Part shown: positions 26,485-37,144 of the stretch, in pieces
Position numbering within the stretch: position 1 is the stretch's first letter
How the letters are laid out: every line of letters begins with the position of its first letter
DNA from: Owenia fusiformis
Lineage: Eukaryota
Length of the DNA: 64,000 bases
Direction of reading: 5' to 3'
Assembly (NCBI GenBank): GCA_903813345.2
Contig: CAIIXF020000001.1
Location: forward strand, 31,496,001 to 31,560,000
Made by a program: the position numbers and the translations under genes
The notes under the pieces: generated by a model
What the model was told of the DNA's origin: nothing
Database searches by the model: none
What the model saw: only the letters and a program-made list of their open reading frames with translations

Positions 26485-26487
26485 CTA

Positions 26488-27417
26488 TGTAACGGTCTGC
26501 TTAACGAAATTATTAATGCATAAAGCTTTCGCAGTTGCGGCAGTATGATATTTTAATGTCTATTTCACTGAAACACAAAAACGGAGCAACACTTTAAATA
26601 TGAATCCTGTGTGGTAGACTAATCGGAAATAAACCGGTTTTGTAACTACGAGGAAGCAAACCTTGACGGAAAACGCAATTCGAACGCGAGTTTAAAACTA
26701 TTATCTGTAATCTGATTGGTTGATTTTATATCAACTCACGATTGAATCGAATGTTAGATCGCCAGCGTTGTAGGGCGTCAGACGATATCTGGAGGCACGA
26801 CTACAAGGTAGGGCTATGCACATTTTCTAGGTGAAAGGATTCCTGTTCATGGACTTGATGTGACATCGGGATAAAGACTTCAACGACGATAGACAGCAAT
26901 GAGCAACCTAAGATAAAAGATTCGTAAGCTGTGAATCTACAGCAGTCCGTTGGGGTGCCGTAGAAGCTGGAATTCGTTGATCGAAGAAACTATCACCGTG
27001 GGATTTCAACACACAGTCAGCCAAGTTCCCCGCCATCTCGAGCAGAACTTTCCACGCCCACTTGAAGGACGATTTCCCACAACCATGTGCCTTATATCGT
27101 CTCGCATAGCTTTTATTATATTTTAATAGACATTTTAAATAGACATTTCTGTAGCTCTGGTTTAAAGTACATTTTACATAGACAATTCTATAATAATTGA
27201 TTAGATTACTAGCATCATAAATACCATTGTTCTTTCTCTCAGTGCAATATTACTATTTTGATCATACTGTTCTCTATGTTGATTTTAAATAAATAAACCT
27301 TGTACATATTGTTATATTTTACATCACTTGTGTTGCATATGTGTTGTATGTTGTATTTGATATATTAGGTTCTGTTTAAAAAAAGTCCCTTTCCCCTCCC
27401 CGTTTCGTCCGGTTACA
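26488..27417 (+). repeat. 3' LTR of copy 3 (930 bp)
   Basis: TGTAAC...GTTACA; AATAAA at 27292-27297; homologous to 2468-3375. Confidence 0.93.
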
Positions 27418-27739
27418 TTATGCATCATTTGTTATGTTGTCTGAGTTTATGTTTTAAAGTTAGCAAACTTCGATTTTTGTCTAAAAATCATTATTAAAGC
27501 TGTTTTAAGAGTTAAAAAGCAATGTTTTCAGTATATTGCGTTTGGTCATGATAACCAATTACAATATATTACAATAACAAGCATTAAATGTCGTTGCTAT
27601 AGACACATATGGCGCAGGGTTTGGTAGATTAACAAAAATTGAATACATTTGAAAGTATCAATTAGCGTACCTTTGACCACATGGCTGAAGAATATTCTAC
27701 GATAGTATTGGTAGCAACTTCCATCGCTGTAATTTGCAG

Positions 27740-27963
27740 AATGTACAGAGAAATGGAGCCCATGGGTTGTGGAGTACTGTACCCCATGTAAAGTGATTGG
27801 ATCTGGGGGCAATTATGGATGCTTTAGGAAATGTATATTTAAAAAGGTATGCCAACCATGCAACGATCGTGGTTATCATCGCGGGAAGAGAACCACTGGC
27901 GATCTTGAACGTGTCCGAAGAGTCGGAGGAGGAGGGCCGTCGTGCAACGGAGGTGCAATATAG
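27740..27963 (+). CDS. Candidate Cys-rich, TSP1-like (WSPW) terminal exon, possibly of the VWD-C8 gene
   Basis: ttgcag acceptor; phase 1 matches the donor at 5418; reads CTEKWSPWVVEYCTPC...GCFRKC...VCQPC. The link crosses two scaffold gaps. Confidence 0.45.
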
Positions 27964-28798
27964 AGTGGAAAGAGAAGAGAGAAACGTGTCAGTGTTAATA
28001 TTTGGTTACCTTAATGCCGAGAAGAGTAAGTATTTGTAGAGTAGACTTCTTTTAACCAATGGTCAGTCTGGAATAACATTACAACTTGAAAACATAAAGT
28101 TAACTTAACATATAGATCCATGGCTTAACATATCGTTCCTCCATGATGTGATTCGAAACTAATCGTAAGATATATCTAAAATAAATGTGCTTCCTTACCT
28201 GTATATTATGGCAGGTAGACAATATAGCAAAACTACGAACTCTGCGTTTGTTTGTGTATTTGAATTAATTAAATATAGTATGCATACATGGAAAGTTTTC
28301 AGTACACATACACAAACAATGTTACTGCATTACATCTTGAAATATACACATCTTGCAATATTATTGTTGATTGATAATGGTTTTGAATAATTTGAATACT
28401 GAATTAAATTTTAAAATAGTTGTTTTATTTTACAATTAAGAGCACCTCGTCAAATCTTTCTGGCGTTTCCATGTATAATGGTAAACATCGAGCTATAAAT
28501 GTAAAAAAATATAATGTCTGATTTGGGAGAAAACAAAGGAGTTTAGGCTTATCTGTATGAGGTTATAGTGTACATGACTTCAGCAAACACAACCGTTTTT
28601 GATATAGGCCTAGATCTTATTTTATTAAATTAAGCATTTTTGAAAGTGTAAATTAGTTAATTTAGATCCATTAGCGATGAACTGCAGTTAACAACATGTT
28701 TTTTTTAATTTATATTTTTTAACAATTCATATTTCTTCAAAGTTTTTGATTACTGATAGTGTCTTTATGTTTTAGAATTCCATTCGATGATGACACAC

Positions 28799-30285
28799 TG
28801 TGAGGACCCTGGGGCAATAGTTAAATAATAACAATCAAATCACAGGGGAAATACGTTTAACTAAAAACAAAATCAGGGCCGTCACTTAATGGGGGGAAAT
28901 AAATAATTAACAATTGGTAGCGTGACAAGTAAATATATGGGGGCAAATGAAATAAATACAACAACAATGAATGGTAGCGTGGAAATTTGGAAAGTAAATT
29001 GGAATAAGCGTAATTTAAATCAATGGTAGCGTGGAAGTTAAAATAGTTAAATTAAAGTGAATGTTCAATTTATATGAAAGGGCACTAAAGTGTATAATAT
29101 GAAATGAATGAAGAAACAAATAGATTAAAGTTCAATAAATCTATTGTAATTAAAATAATACTCAAAAATACTAGTACAAATACAATATTACAAAAACACA
29201 CCAGAATACATTAAGTGGCTTACCCATACTGTCGTTTCCTTTGTTCAATGATATCCAACATGTTTTAGCTTATGTCTAAAAATGTGAAGAAACCAAGTGT
29301 TCCTGTCAAGGTCCGGTGTTAAAGTGTCTCTTGACCAAAGGAAACAGACAGTTTATATTCTAAAAGTTGCCAAATTACCATATTATTGCACTGTACCTGG
29401 CCCTGGGACCAGGCACTAGTGGTGTCAATTAACCGCTTGAGCATTAACCGGTTAACCGGGGGTTTTACCGGTTAAAGTCGGTTAACCGGCGGGAAATTTG
29501 AACTGATAATTTCAAATGAAATCTTCATCTTCGATCTTGAAAGATGAAAAAAATTGGAAAAATGATATATCGGCGTTTATTTTTTACGTTCGTCAAGCTG
29601 AAGCTTTACTCTATTCTTTGTAAGTAAGCGCGGAAAAGCAATGTGGCAGGAATTAAAGTTGTTGATTGGATGTTTGTAAGGAATTATCGGACCTATCACA
29701 TGTATGAGTAGCTCACATGAAACTGACGCTTGAAAAACAAACAGATTAAAATGCAAAGTAAGCGCGGGAAAGCAATGTGGCAGGGATTAAAGTTGCTGAT
29801 TGGATGTTTGTAAGGAGTTAAAGGACTTATGACATGTATGAGTAGCTTACGTGAAACTGACACCATAAAACCAAACGGATTAGCATGCAAAATAAGCGCG
29901 GGAAATAACAGAATTATACACGGTCAACTAACCGCCCATAAAAACACAGACCGGTCAAGGCATTATCGGCGGTTAACCGGTTAACCGGTTAATACTTGAC
30001 ACCTCTACCAGGCACTGAACAAAGGGATGATTCTTACAGCTAAGGGATTATCTAAGAAAGCCAGACTGTAACTAATTGTCTATTCAAAAAGTTTGAATAG
30101 AGTTACAATGCAAAACTTTATGAAGGAAAAATGTGAAACGAAAATGTAACTTTAAATATTAAAACATGGAAATAACATTGCTATAATTAAAACTAAATAT
30201 AATACATTGATATTAAGAAGGATTTAACACGATGACAAGTGATCAGAAAACAAGGGTATACCACCTTTGATCACGGGTCATCACA
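28799..30285 (-). repeat. 3' LTR of the Gag-only element, containing a hAT MITE
   Basis: Inverted termini TGTGAGGACCC / GGGTCATCACA (10/11 match); PPT adjacent. Confidence 0.85.
29417..30007. mobile_element. hAT-type MITE nested in the LTR
   Basis: TIRs TAGTGGTGTCAA / TTGACACCTCTA (11/12); 8-bp TSD CCAGGCAC at 29409-29416 and 30008-30015; subterminal TTAACCGG repeats. Confidence 0.9.
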
Positions 30286-31287
30286 TCACTTCCCCTTTAA
30301 AAACAGGTTCGACCCGAACCTCTATAAAAACAAACTATAGTTCATAAGTCTATGAGCTGTTAACTTAGATAACAAAATGTTCACGTTATTTAAAATCCAC
30401 AGGATAGATATCCAAGAAGATACTAAATGTTCATGGTTCTCCATTTAATTGTAACATGGAGTACACCATCTTGCAGTTGCTCATCTTAAGCTAGATTTGT
30501 CATGGAGTTGTTCCAGGCATATATAATCTGGTACCACCAAGTGTCCAAAGTTTCAGCCACTGTTGATTCCTCTAGCCATTTTCAGGATTTGTTGAATATG
30601 TTGGTCGGACAAACTTCTTCATCACAGCAGAGGTAGTCATGTCCTTCTCGGTTCACACGGTTCACGGAGACAAGGTTCACAGGATTCCACTACTGGATGG
30701 GCATGATGAGTGACACAAAGCAATCTCTATGAAATTAGGAGTTTGTCATGGACGGGTTCTTCTCCATGGTGTCACTCATTCCCAGTTGGGAAAACATTCC
30801 ATCCACCAACAATTCGATCCACCTCAGGAATCAATTTCAGTAACCAGGTAGCGAGCAGTCTTTCAACTTTCCAAGGGTCAGGAGGCAAATTCATTTAAAT
30901 TTCTCCCAGAACAAGGTTGGCGTAAATCAGGGTCAGGTTCTTCAAATTTATGGGCAAATGACTGGGGACTAAAGCTTCCTGGGTATCAATACTGGCAGTT
31001 TTGGGCACACAACAGGGCCAAATACCAAACCAGCTATCCATTTTCACAGTTGGGTCATGTTCATTTCAAAAGGTTCAGAAGTGCCTGTAGACCAAGGCAT
31101 ATTGGGACAATCATCAGATTAATCGGTTCCAGGACTAACAATTCAAACAGATTGGGTCATTGTCACATCAATGTCAATGCTGAGATGATTTATAACAGGG
31201 CTTTCCTTGGGTTCCTCGAGTTCATCAGTTGGGCTGCTGAGAGCGAGTATATGTCCAAGTGCAACCTAGGGGTCAGAATTATGGCAG

Positions 31288-31899
31288 TCAACACTTGGGA
31301 ACAAGGACAATAGGGGGAGCTGGAGGCTCCTCGATGGGTTTGGCATCTCCAGGGTCAAGTTCATGGTCAGGGAAACAGTTTAAATTAGTAACATTTTCAT
31401 ATGACAAACAGTCAACTTTCCCATGTTCAGGAAGCAAATCACTCCCTTCAGCAATAACACTGAGGCAAATCGGGTCACGGGCCTCCTCTACAGGACAAGA
31501 TAAATGACTGGGAACAACAGGGTCCCTAAATAGCAGTTCAGGGCAAATAACAGGGTCAACCTGGTCAAGAGTCAACGGAGTTGCTTTCTGCAACTCATCC
31601 AAGTGTTTGGCGACCATTATATCAACAAAATCATCGCTGCTATCAGTCAGGGGAACATCAGCCTCAAGGGTTTTACAAGGGTCTGGACATGGGGGAATAG
31701 AATCAACTTCACACTGTTTCTTTGACAAATCCTCTCGGGCAGGGGGCAAAAGGTCATGGATCAACTCCCCAGAAGCAATGGGTATACTTTTATATAACGT
31801 CACTGGCTGGGGGCAATTGTAGCCACTTTGGATTTTAAAACTGGTGGGCCTTTGTGGCTTGGATGCTGAATCGAGGCCCACCGACTCAGCACATTCTAG
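31288..31899 (-). CDS. -1 frame extension after Gag (Pro/Asp/Cys-rich, not recognisable as Pol)
   Basis: Frame is open from the slippery site (GGG AAA CTA GAA TGT GCT GAG TCG GTG GGC...) to the stop at 31288. Confidence 0.5.
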   Translation of the reverse strand, partial: LECAESVGLDSASKPQRPTSFKIQSGYNCPQPVTLYKSIPIASGELIHDLLPPAREDLSKKQCEVDSIPPCPDPCKTLEADVPLTDSSDDFVDIMVAKHLDELQKATPLTLDQVDPVICPELLFRDPVVPSHLSCPVEEARDPICLSVIAEGSDLLPEHGKVDCLSYENVTNLNCFPDHELDPGDAKPIEEPPAPPIVLVPKC

Positions 31900-31905
31900 T
31901 TTCCC
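31844..31905 (-). promoter_or_regulatory. -1 programmed ribosomal frameshift signal (slippery heptamer plus H-type pseudoknot)
   Basis: G GGA AAC in the Gag frame just before TAG; 7-nt spacer; 10-bp stem TGCTGAGTCG/CGATTCAGCA; loop GTGGGCCT complementary to AGGCCCAC 12 nt downstream. Confidence 0.85.
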
Positions 31906-33137
31906 GAATAAGTTGAGGCATTGGTCTTAAGGGCAGGGCAGTCAGACACTACGTGGCCATCAACACCACATTTGAAGCAAACTCGGGCTCCAGTGACCTT
32001 GGAATTTGGATGTCTGTGAAGACAATCAAATATGCTGTGCTTCCGAGTATCACATAGTTTACAATACTGGGCACGTGTGGGCTTGGACATGGGCCGTCGG
32101 TCAACCTTCTCCTTCAGGGCCTGGGCAATGTATTGGTGAAGAGCCTCCATCTGTTTTTCCATCATCTTAGAAAACTGGGAAATCAAACTCATTGGGGATT
32201 CAGATGAAGGGCTTTGGACATGGGCCTCAGTTGCTCGAAGCTCAGGATCATGAGTCGCTCGCAAACGTTTCTTCCGACCTTTGAAAAAGGATTCGTATTG
32301 TAGGGCCATGGTAAGGGCCTGGTTAAGAGAAGTGGGCTTGGCGAATGAAAGTTTTGCCTCAAGATCCACATCATTTAAGGCATCAGTAAATGACTGCATT
32401 GCTTGGTTCTCAATACCAGACTTAGGCATACCCAGGCTACCATATGCGTTGCAGGCAAGTTTTCTAACCTCATGGGCTAACTTCTCAAGGGGTTCACCAG
32501 GGCCTCGGAGTCTATTTTTCAAAATAGCTCGGGCATTGTCACTTTGTTGAGGAGGCTCATAGTTCATCTGCAGGGCATTGATGATAGAGTCAAGGTCAGG
32601 ATCAACCCCTTCTTCTATATCATCAAGAACATTGGCTGCCTCGCCCTCAAGACTTCTGACCAAATAGATCGCAGCCTCATCACTATCCCAACCATTATTT
32701 TTGGAGACTAAACGGAATTGGATCAAAAATGCTGTCAAACTACATTTTCCATCGAATTTGGGGGCCCTCATCTCCCGTTTCTTATTGTAGATTGGTTTCG
32801 GACTTTGGATTTTTGACTCACTCCCTCCTGAAGAACTATTATCACACCATTTGGGAAGGTCAGTGGAACGTTTCTTGTATTTCTTCGTCTGCAGTAGTGA
32901 ATCGACCTTACTCAAGGGATCCCTGGGGGCATAAGACATCTGTTCAAATGGGTCAGAATGGGCTGTTTCATACCCCATTGAAATTGACTGGGAAGGCACT
33001 AGGTTATGGGATTCCTGCCTCTTTGTGTGCGGAGAAATGGGGGAATGGTGATTGAAGGGCATAGGTCTAGACTTAAGATGCCCCTTAGATCTGGAAGTTA
33101 TACTGGATCTGGACTGTTGATCAGATACCCATGACAT
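31896..33137 (-). CDS. Gypsy-type Gag (capsid plus 2 CCHC zinc knuckles)
   Basis: PKFDG...F...NGWD..E.A.YL..SLEGEA capsid motif; CKLCDTRKHSIFDC and CFKCGVDGHVVSDC. Confidence 0.9.
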   Translation of the reverse strand: MSWVSDQQSRSSITSRSKGHLKSRPMPFNHHSPISPHTKRQESHNLVPSQSISMGYETAHSDPFEQMSYAPRDPLSKVDSLLQTKKYKKRSTDLPKWCDNSSSGGSESKIQSPKPIYNKKREMRAPKFDGKCSLTAFLIQFRLVSKNNGWDSDEAAIYLVRSLEGEAANVLDDIEEGVDPDLDSIINALQMNYEPPQQSDNARAILKNRLRGPGEPLEKLAHEVRKLACNAYGSLGMPKSGIENQAMQSFTDALNDVDLEAKLSFAKPTSLNQALTMALQYESFFKGRKKRLRATHDPELRATEAHVQSPSSESPMSLISQFSKMMEKQMEALHQYIAQALKEKVDRRPMSKPTRAQYCKLCDTRKHSIFDCLHRHPNSKVTGARVCFKCGVDGHVVSDCPALKTNASTYSGN

Positions 33138-35513
33138 GGTATCGGATTCCCTCCCAGTATATCTTGAACATAGGGGAGCTCAAGAGAACTCATCCCTTGC
33201 ATATTCCCTCCCAGTGTGCATTGGGCTGAGGGGAGCTCCGGAGAGCTCACTCTGGATTTTTCCCCAAAAAGAGTGCCTTGGGCTTAGGGGAGCTTTAGAG
33301 AGCTCACCCCTGAGATAATAATCACCATGATGCAATGGACTAAGGGGAACTCGTGAGAGCTCGCCCCTTGCATATTCCCTCCCCGTGTGCCTTAGATGCA
33401 GGGGAGCTCCATTGAACTCCCTCCTCGAGTATATTTCCCCATGAGGCAATGGGCTTGGGGAAGCTCGGGAAGGCTCATCCCACGGATTTGTCCCCCCTGG
33501 GTGTTTTTGAAAAGTGAGAGTTCTTGCGGGCTTACCACTTGGGTGCTTCTTTCCAGGATGCATCAAGCCCAGGGGAGCTTGGAAAGGCTCACCCTGCGAA
33601 AATTCCCCCTTAAAATGCTCTTGGCTTAGGGGAGCTTGAGAAGGCTCACCCGATGAATTGGCTTTCTCTGGGTATGTTTGAGAAGTGGGAGCTCTTTCGA
33701 GCTCACCACGGGGGTATTTCTCCCCAGTATATCTAGAAACGAGGCGAGCTTGGGAAGGCTCACCCTCCGATGATTCCCTCTGTAAACGCCCTTGGCTTAG
33801 GGGAGCTTGAGAAGGCTCACCCCATGAATTGGCTTCCCCTGGGTATGTTTGAGAAGTGGGAGCTCTTTCGAGCTCACCACGGGGGTATTTCTCCCCAGTA
33901 TATCTAGAAACGAGGCGAGCTTGGGAAGGCTCACCCTCCGATGATTCCCTCTGTAAACGCCCTTGGCTACGGGGAGCTTGAGAAGGCTCACCCCATGAAT
34001 TGGCTTCCCCTGGGTATGTTTGAGAACTGGGAGCTCTTTCGAGCTCACCACGGGGGTATTTCTCCCCAGTATACCTAGGAACGAGGGGAGCTTGGGAAGG
34101 CTCACCCTGCAATGATTCCTTCTTTAAACGCCCTTGGCTAAGGAGAGCTTGAGAAGGCTCGCCCCATGAATTGGCTTCCCCTGGGTATGTTTGAGAACTG
34201 GGAGCTCTTTCGAGCCCACCACAGGGGTATTTCTCCCCAGTATACCTAGAAACGAGGGGAGCTTGGGAAGGCTCACCCTGCAATGATTCCCTCTTTAAAC
34301 GCCCTTGGCCTAGGGGAGCTTGAGAAGGCTCACCCCATGAATTGGCTTCCCCTGGGTATGTTTGAGAACTGGGAGCTCTTTCGAGCTCACCACGGGGGTA
34401 TTTCTCCCCAGAATACCTAGAAACGAGGGGAGCTTGGGAAGGCTCACCCTGCGATGATTCCCTCTTTAAACGAACTTGGCTTAGGGGAGCTTGAGAAGGC
34501 TCACCCCATGAATTGGCTTCCCCTGGGTATGTTTGTGAACTGGGAGCTCTTTCGAGCTCACCACGGGGGTATTTCTCCCCAGAATACCTAGAAACGAGGG
34601 GAGCTTGGGAAGGCTCACCCTGCGATGATTCCCTCTGTAAACGCCCTTGGCTTAGGGGAGCTTGAGAAGGCTCGCCCCATGAATTGGCTTCCCCTGGGTA
34701 TGTTTGAGAACTGGGAGCTCTTTCGAGCTCACCACGGGGGTATTTCTCCCCAGTATACCTAGAAACGAGGGGAGCTTGGGAAGGCTCACCCTGCAATGAT
34801 TCCTTCTTTAAACGCCCTTGGCTTAGGGGAGCTTGGGAAGGCTGACCTCACGGATTGGCTTCCCCTGGGTATGTTTGAGAACTGGGAGCTCTTTCGAGCT
34901 CACCACGGGGGTATTTCTCCCCAGAATACCTAGAAACGAGAGCATCTTGGGAAGGCTCATCCTGCGATGATTCCCTCTTTAAACGCCCTTGGCTTAGGGG
35001 AGCTTGGGAAGGCTCACCCCACGGATTTGTCCTCCCTGCATGTTTTCGAAAAGTGGGAGCTCTTGCGAGCTCACCACATGGGTATTTCTCCCCTGAATAC
35101 AAAGAAACTGGGGGAGCTTGGGAAGGCTCACCCACTGTAGAATTCTCCCAAACAGGTGTAGAAAAGGGATTATTCCATGAATCAATAGGGGGGAAAAACA
35201 TTGAAGGACTTTGCCAAAGCGTTTGATCGGGTTCAATTTTAAATTTATTTATATAGCCACTAGGTGAGGCAGATCTTGGTGGCTTTGGTGATACACCAGG
35301 CATCGAACGCTGGGCTCTGCGCTCAGAATGCTTGGAAGTATCTGGTAAGGGTAAAGTATCTGCCATGGCAAATTTCATGTCCTGGTCATCAAGCGCACGA
35401 TGACCTGGGACAATTTCAGGGTCATCAAATGAACAGTCTGACCTAGACGTGGTCAATGGGGCTTGTTGGGCAGCAGAGGAAATACTCATAGTGACTGTTT
35501 TGTAATTGGGCAT
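33138..35513 (-). pseudogene. In-frame N-terminal repeat extension of Gag, interrupted by two TGA codons (34848-34850, 33180-33182)
   Basis: The ORFs starting at 35513, 34796 and 33137 share one frame; the stops fall where sister repeats have TGG (W) and, e.g., CGA (R). Confidence 0.7.
33140..35135 (-). repeat. Higher-order tandem array: 57-bp monomers (19 aa) grouped as 171-bp trimers
   Basis: Period 171 (33809 to 33980); monomers GEPSQAPLVSRYTGEKYPR / GELERAPSSQTYPGEANSW / GEPSQAPLSQGRLQRESSQ; degenerate monomers at both edges. Confidence 0.95.
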
Positions 35514-35647
35514 GTATTTGCGCTGAAAATTGGTAATGTTAGAAACAAAGAAACAAATAAAGCTAAAAGATCACACTAAAATAAAAATAAAATTTGAGGC
35601 ATGTGTCAACACTTTCAAAGTATTATATACCACCACCTGGCACCATT

Positions 35648-35870
35648 TGTGAGGACCCTGGGGCAATAGTTAAATAATAACAATCAAATCACAGGGGAAA
35701 TACGTTTAACTAAAAACAAAATCAGGGCCGTCACTTAATGGGGGGAAATAAATAATTAACAATTGGTAGCGTGACAAGTAAATATATGGGGGCAAATGAA
35801 ATAAATACAACAACAATGAATGGTAGCGTGGAAATTTGGAAAGTAAATTGGAATAAGCGTAATTTAAATC
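35648..35870 (-). repeat. Truncated 5' LTR (223 bp) of the Gag-only element
   Basis: No difference seen by eye from 28799-29021; homology then stops abruptly. Confidence 0.88.
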
Positions 35871-37144
35871 GCATGTACACAGATAAATTACAAAATACAT
35901 ATATTCATTAAGTTCGTGAAAAGGACTCTAAATTTTTGGTTTCTCAGTCAATCCGGCTGAAATTTTCACTCAGTTTACCTATACTTTTCATACACTTGAA
36001 TCTTAAGGTATAATGAATAGATCCTTGAGGAAAAAAGATATAGTTTCTAAAGTAACATGAGTCCAGGGGACGCGGAGCAGGCAAAAAATGATTTGTTTTG
36101 TTTGAATGTTCACTTTTTTTTCTGCTACTTATTTTACTAACAGTATCTAAAGCATATACGTGTTCAAAATAGTGTACAGCATGGTCTACAAGTATACACC
36201 TCTCTGGTCTCACTTCCCATTCCTCAAACAGATGGCGGAACTCATTTTGGAAATTGCTGGCGATTGAGCGTTATATGTATGTATAAGTTCTCCTAAGGTC
36301 GAATGACGAATTCCCCAAAGATTATTTCTCACCAATGTCATTTGCAAGAATATATTTATGCATGAAGAAGTATCCTGGCCACTATATTTATCATTATGAT
36401 AAAACCCCAGTCACACCTCAAACCTTGTCAAGGATACTATCTCTAACAAATTGGAGATGGATCGACAAGATCAAGAAGTTTTCATTTGACGAGCAATTGG
36501 GCAATATCGACGAGTGTCTTGTCAAAGAGTAGGCAACCCTTTGTTCTACAAGGTATCGGTCTTTGATCAGATTAAATCAGCAATGTTCCTTAACATTAAA
36601 TTATCATTAGCGTACCTTATACGTAGGAAAATCTGCTAATTTGNNNNNNNNNNNNNNNNNNNNNNNNNNNNNNNNNNNNNNNNNNNNNNNNNNNNNNNNN
36701 NNNNNNNNNNNNNNNNNNNNNNNNNNNNNNNNNNNNNNNNNNNNNNNNNNNNNNNNNNNNNNNNNNNNNNNNNNNNNNNNNNNNNNNNNNNNNNNNNNNN
36801 NNNNNNNNNNNNNNNNNNNNNNNNNNNNNNNNNNNNNNNNNNNNNNNNNNNNNNNNNNNNNNNNNNNNNNNNNNNNNNNNNNNNNNNNNNNNNNNNNNNN
36901 NNNNNNNNNNNNNNNNNNNNNNNNNNNNNNNNNNNNNNNNNNNNNNNNNNNNNNNNNNNNNNNNNNNNNNNNNNNNNNNNNNNNNNNNNNNNNNNNNNNN
37001 NNNNNNNNNNNNNNNNNNNNNNNNNNNNNNNNNNNNNNNNNNNNNNNNNNNNNNNNNNNNNNNNNNNNNNNNNNNNNNNNNNNNNNNNNNNNNNNNNNNN
37101 NNNNNNNNNNNNNNNNNNNNNNNNNNNNNNNNNNNNNNNNNNNA

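Larger units (their letters stand above)
17556..27417 (+). mobile_element. Ty3/Gypsy LTR retrotransposon copy 3; 5' end lost in the gap
   Basis: Leader arrays, intact ORF, ~1.9-kb 3' UTR, PPT and complete 3' LTR. Confidence 0.96.
28799..35870 (-). mobile_element. Pol-less (Gag-only) Gypsy-type LTR element
   Basis: Direct repeats starting at 28799 and 35648; PBS TGGTGCCAGG at 35636-35645; PPT AAAGGGGAAG at 30289-30298; Gag with two CCHC knuckles; no RT or integrase motifs found. Confidence 0.88.

Noticed and set aside
24620..26487. Possible env or extra ORF in the long 3' region
   Set aside because: Only ORFs under 70 aa; no signal peptide or transmembrane envelope pattern.
33140..35135. Hairpin repeat plus spacer layout resembling a CRISPR array; 171-bp period resembling alpha satellite
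   Set aside because: Spacers are themselves repeated, there are no cas genes, and the array is in frame with Gag inside an LTR element. 171 is simply 3 x 57 and the sequence is GC-rich, unlike alphoid DNA.
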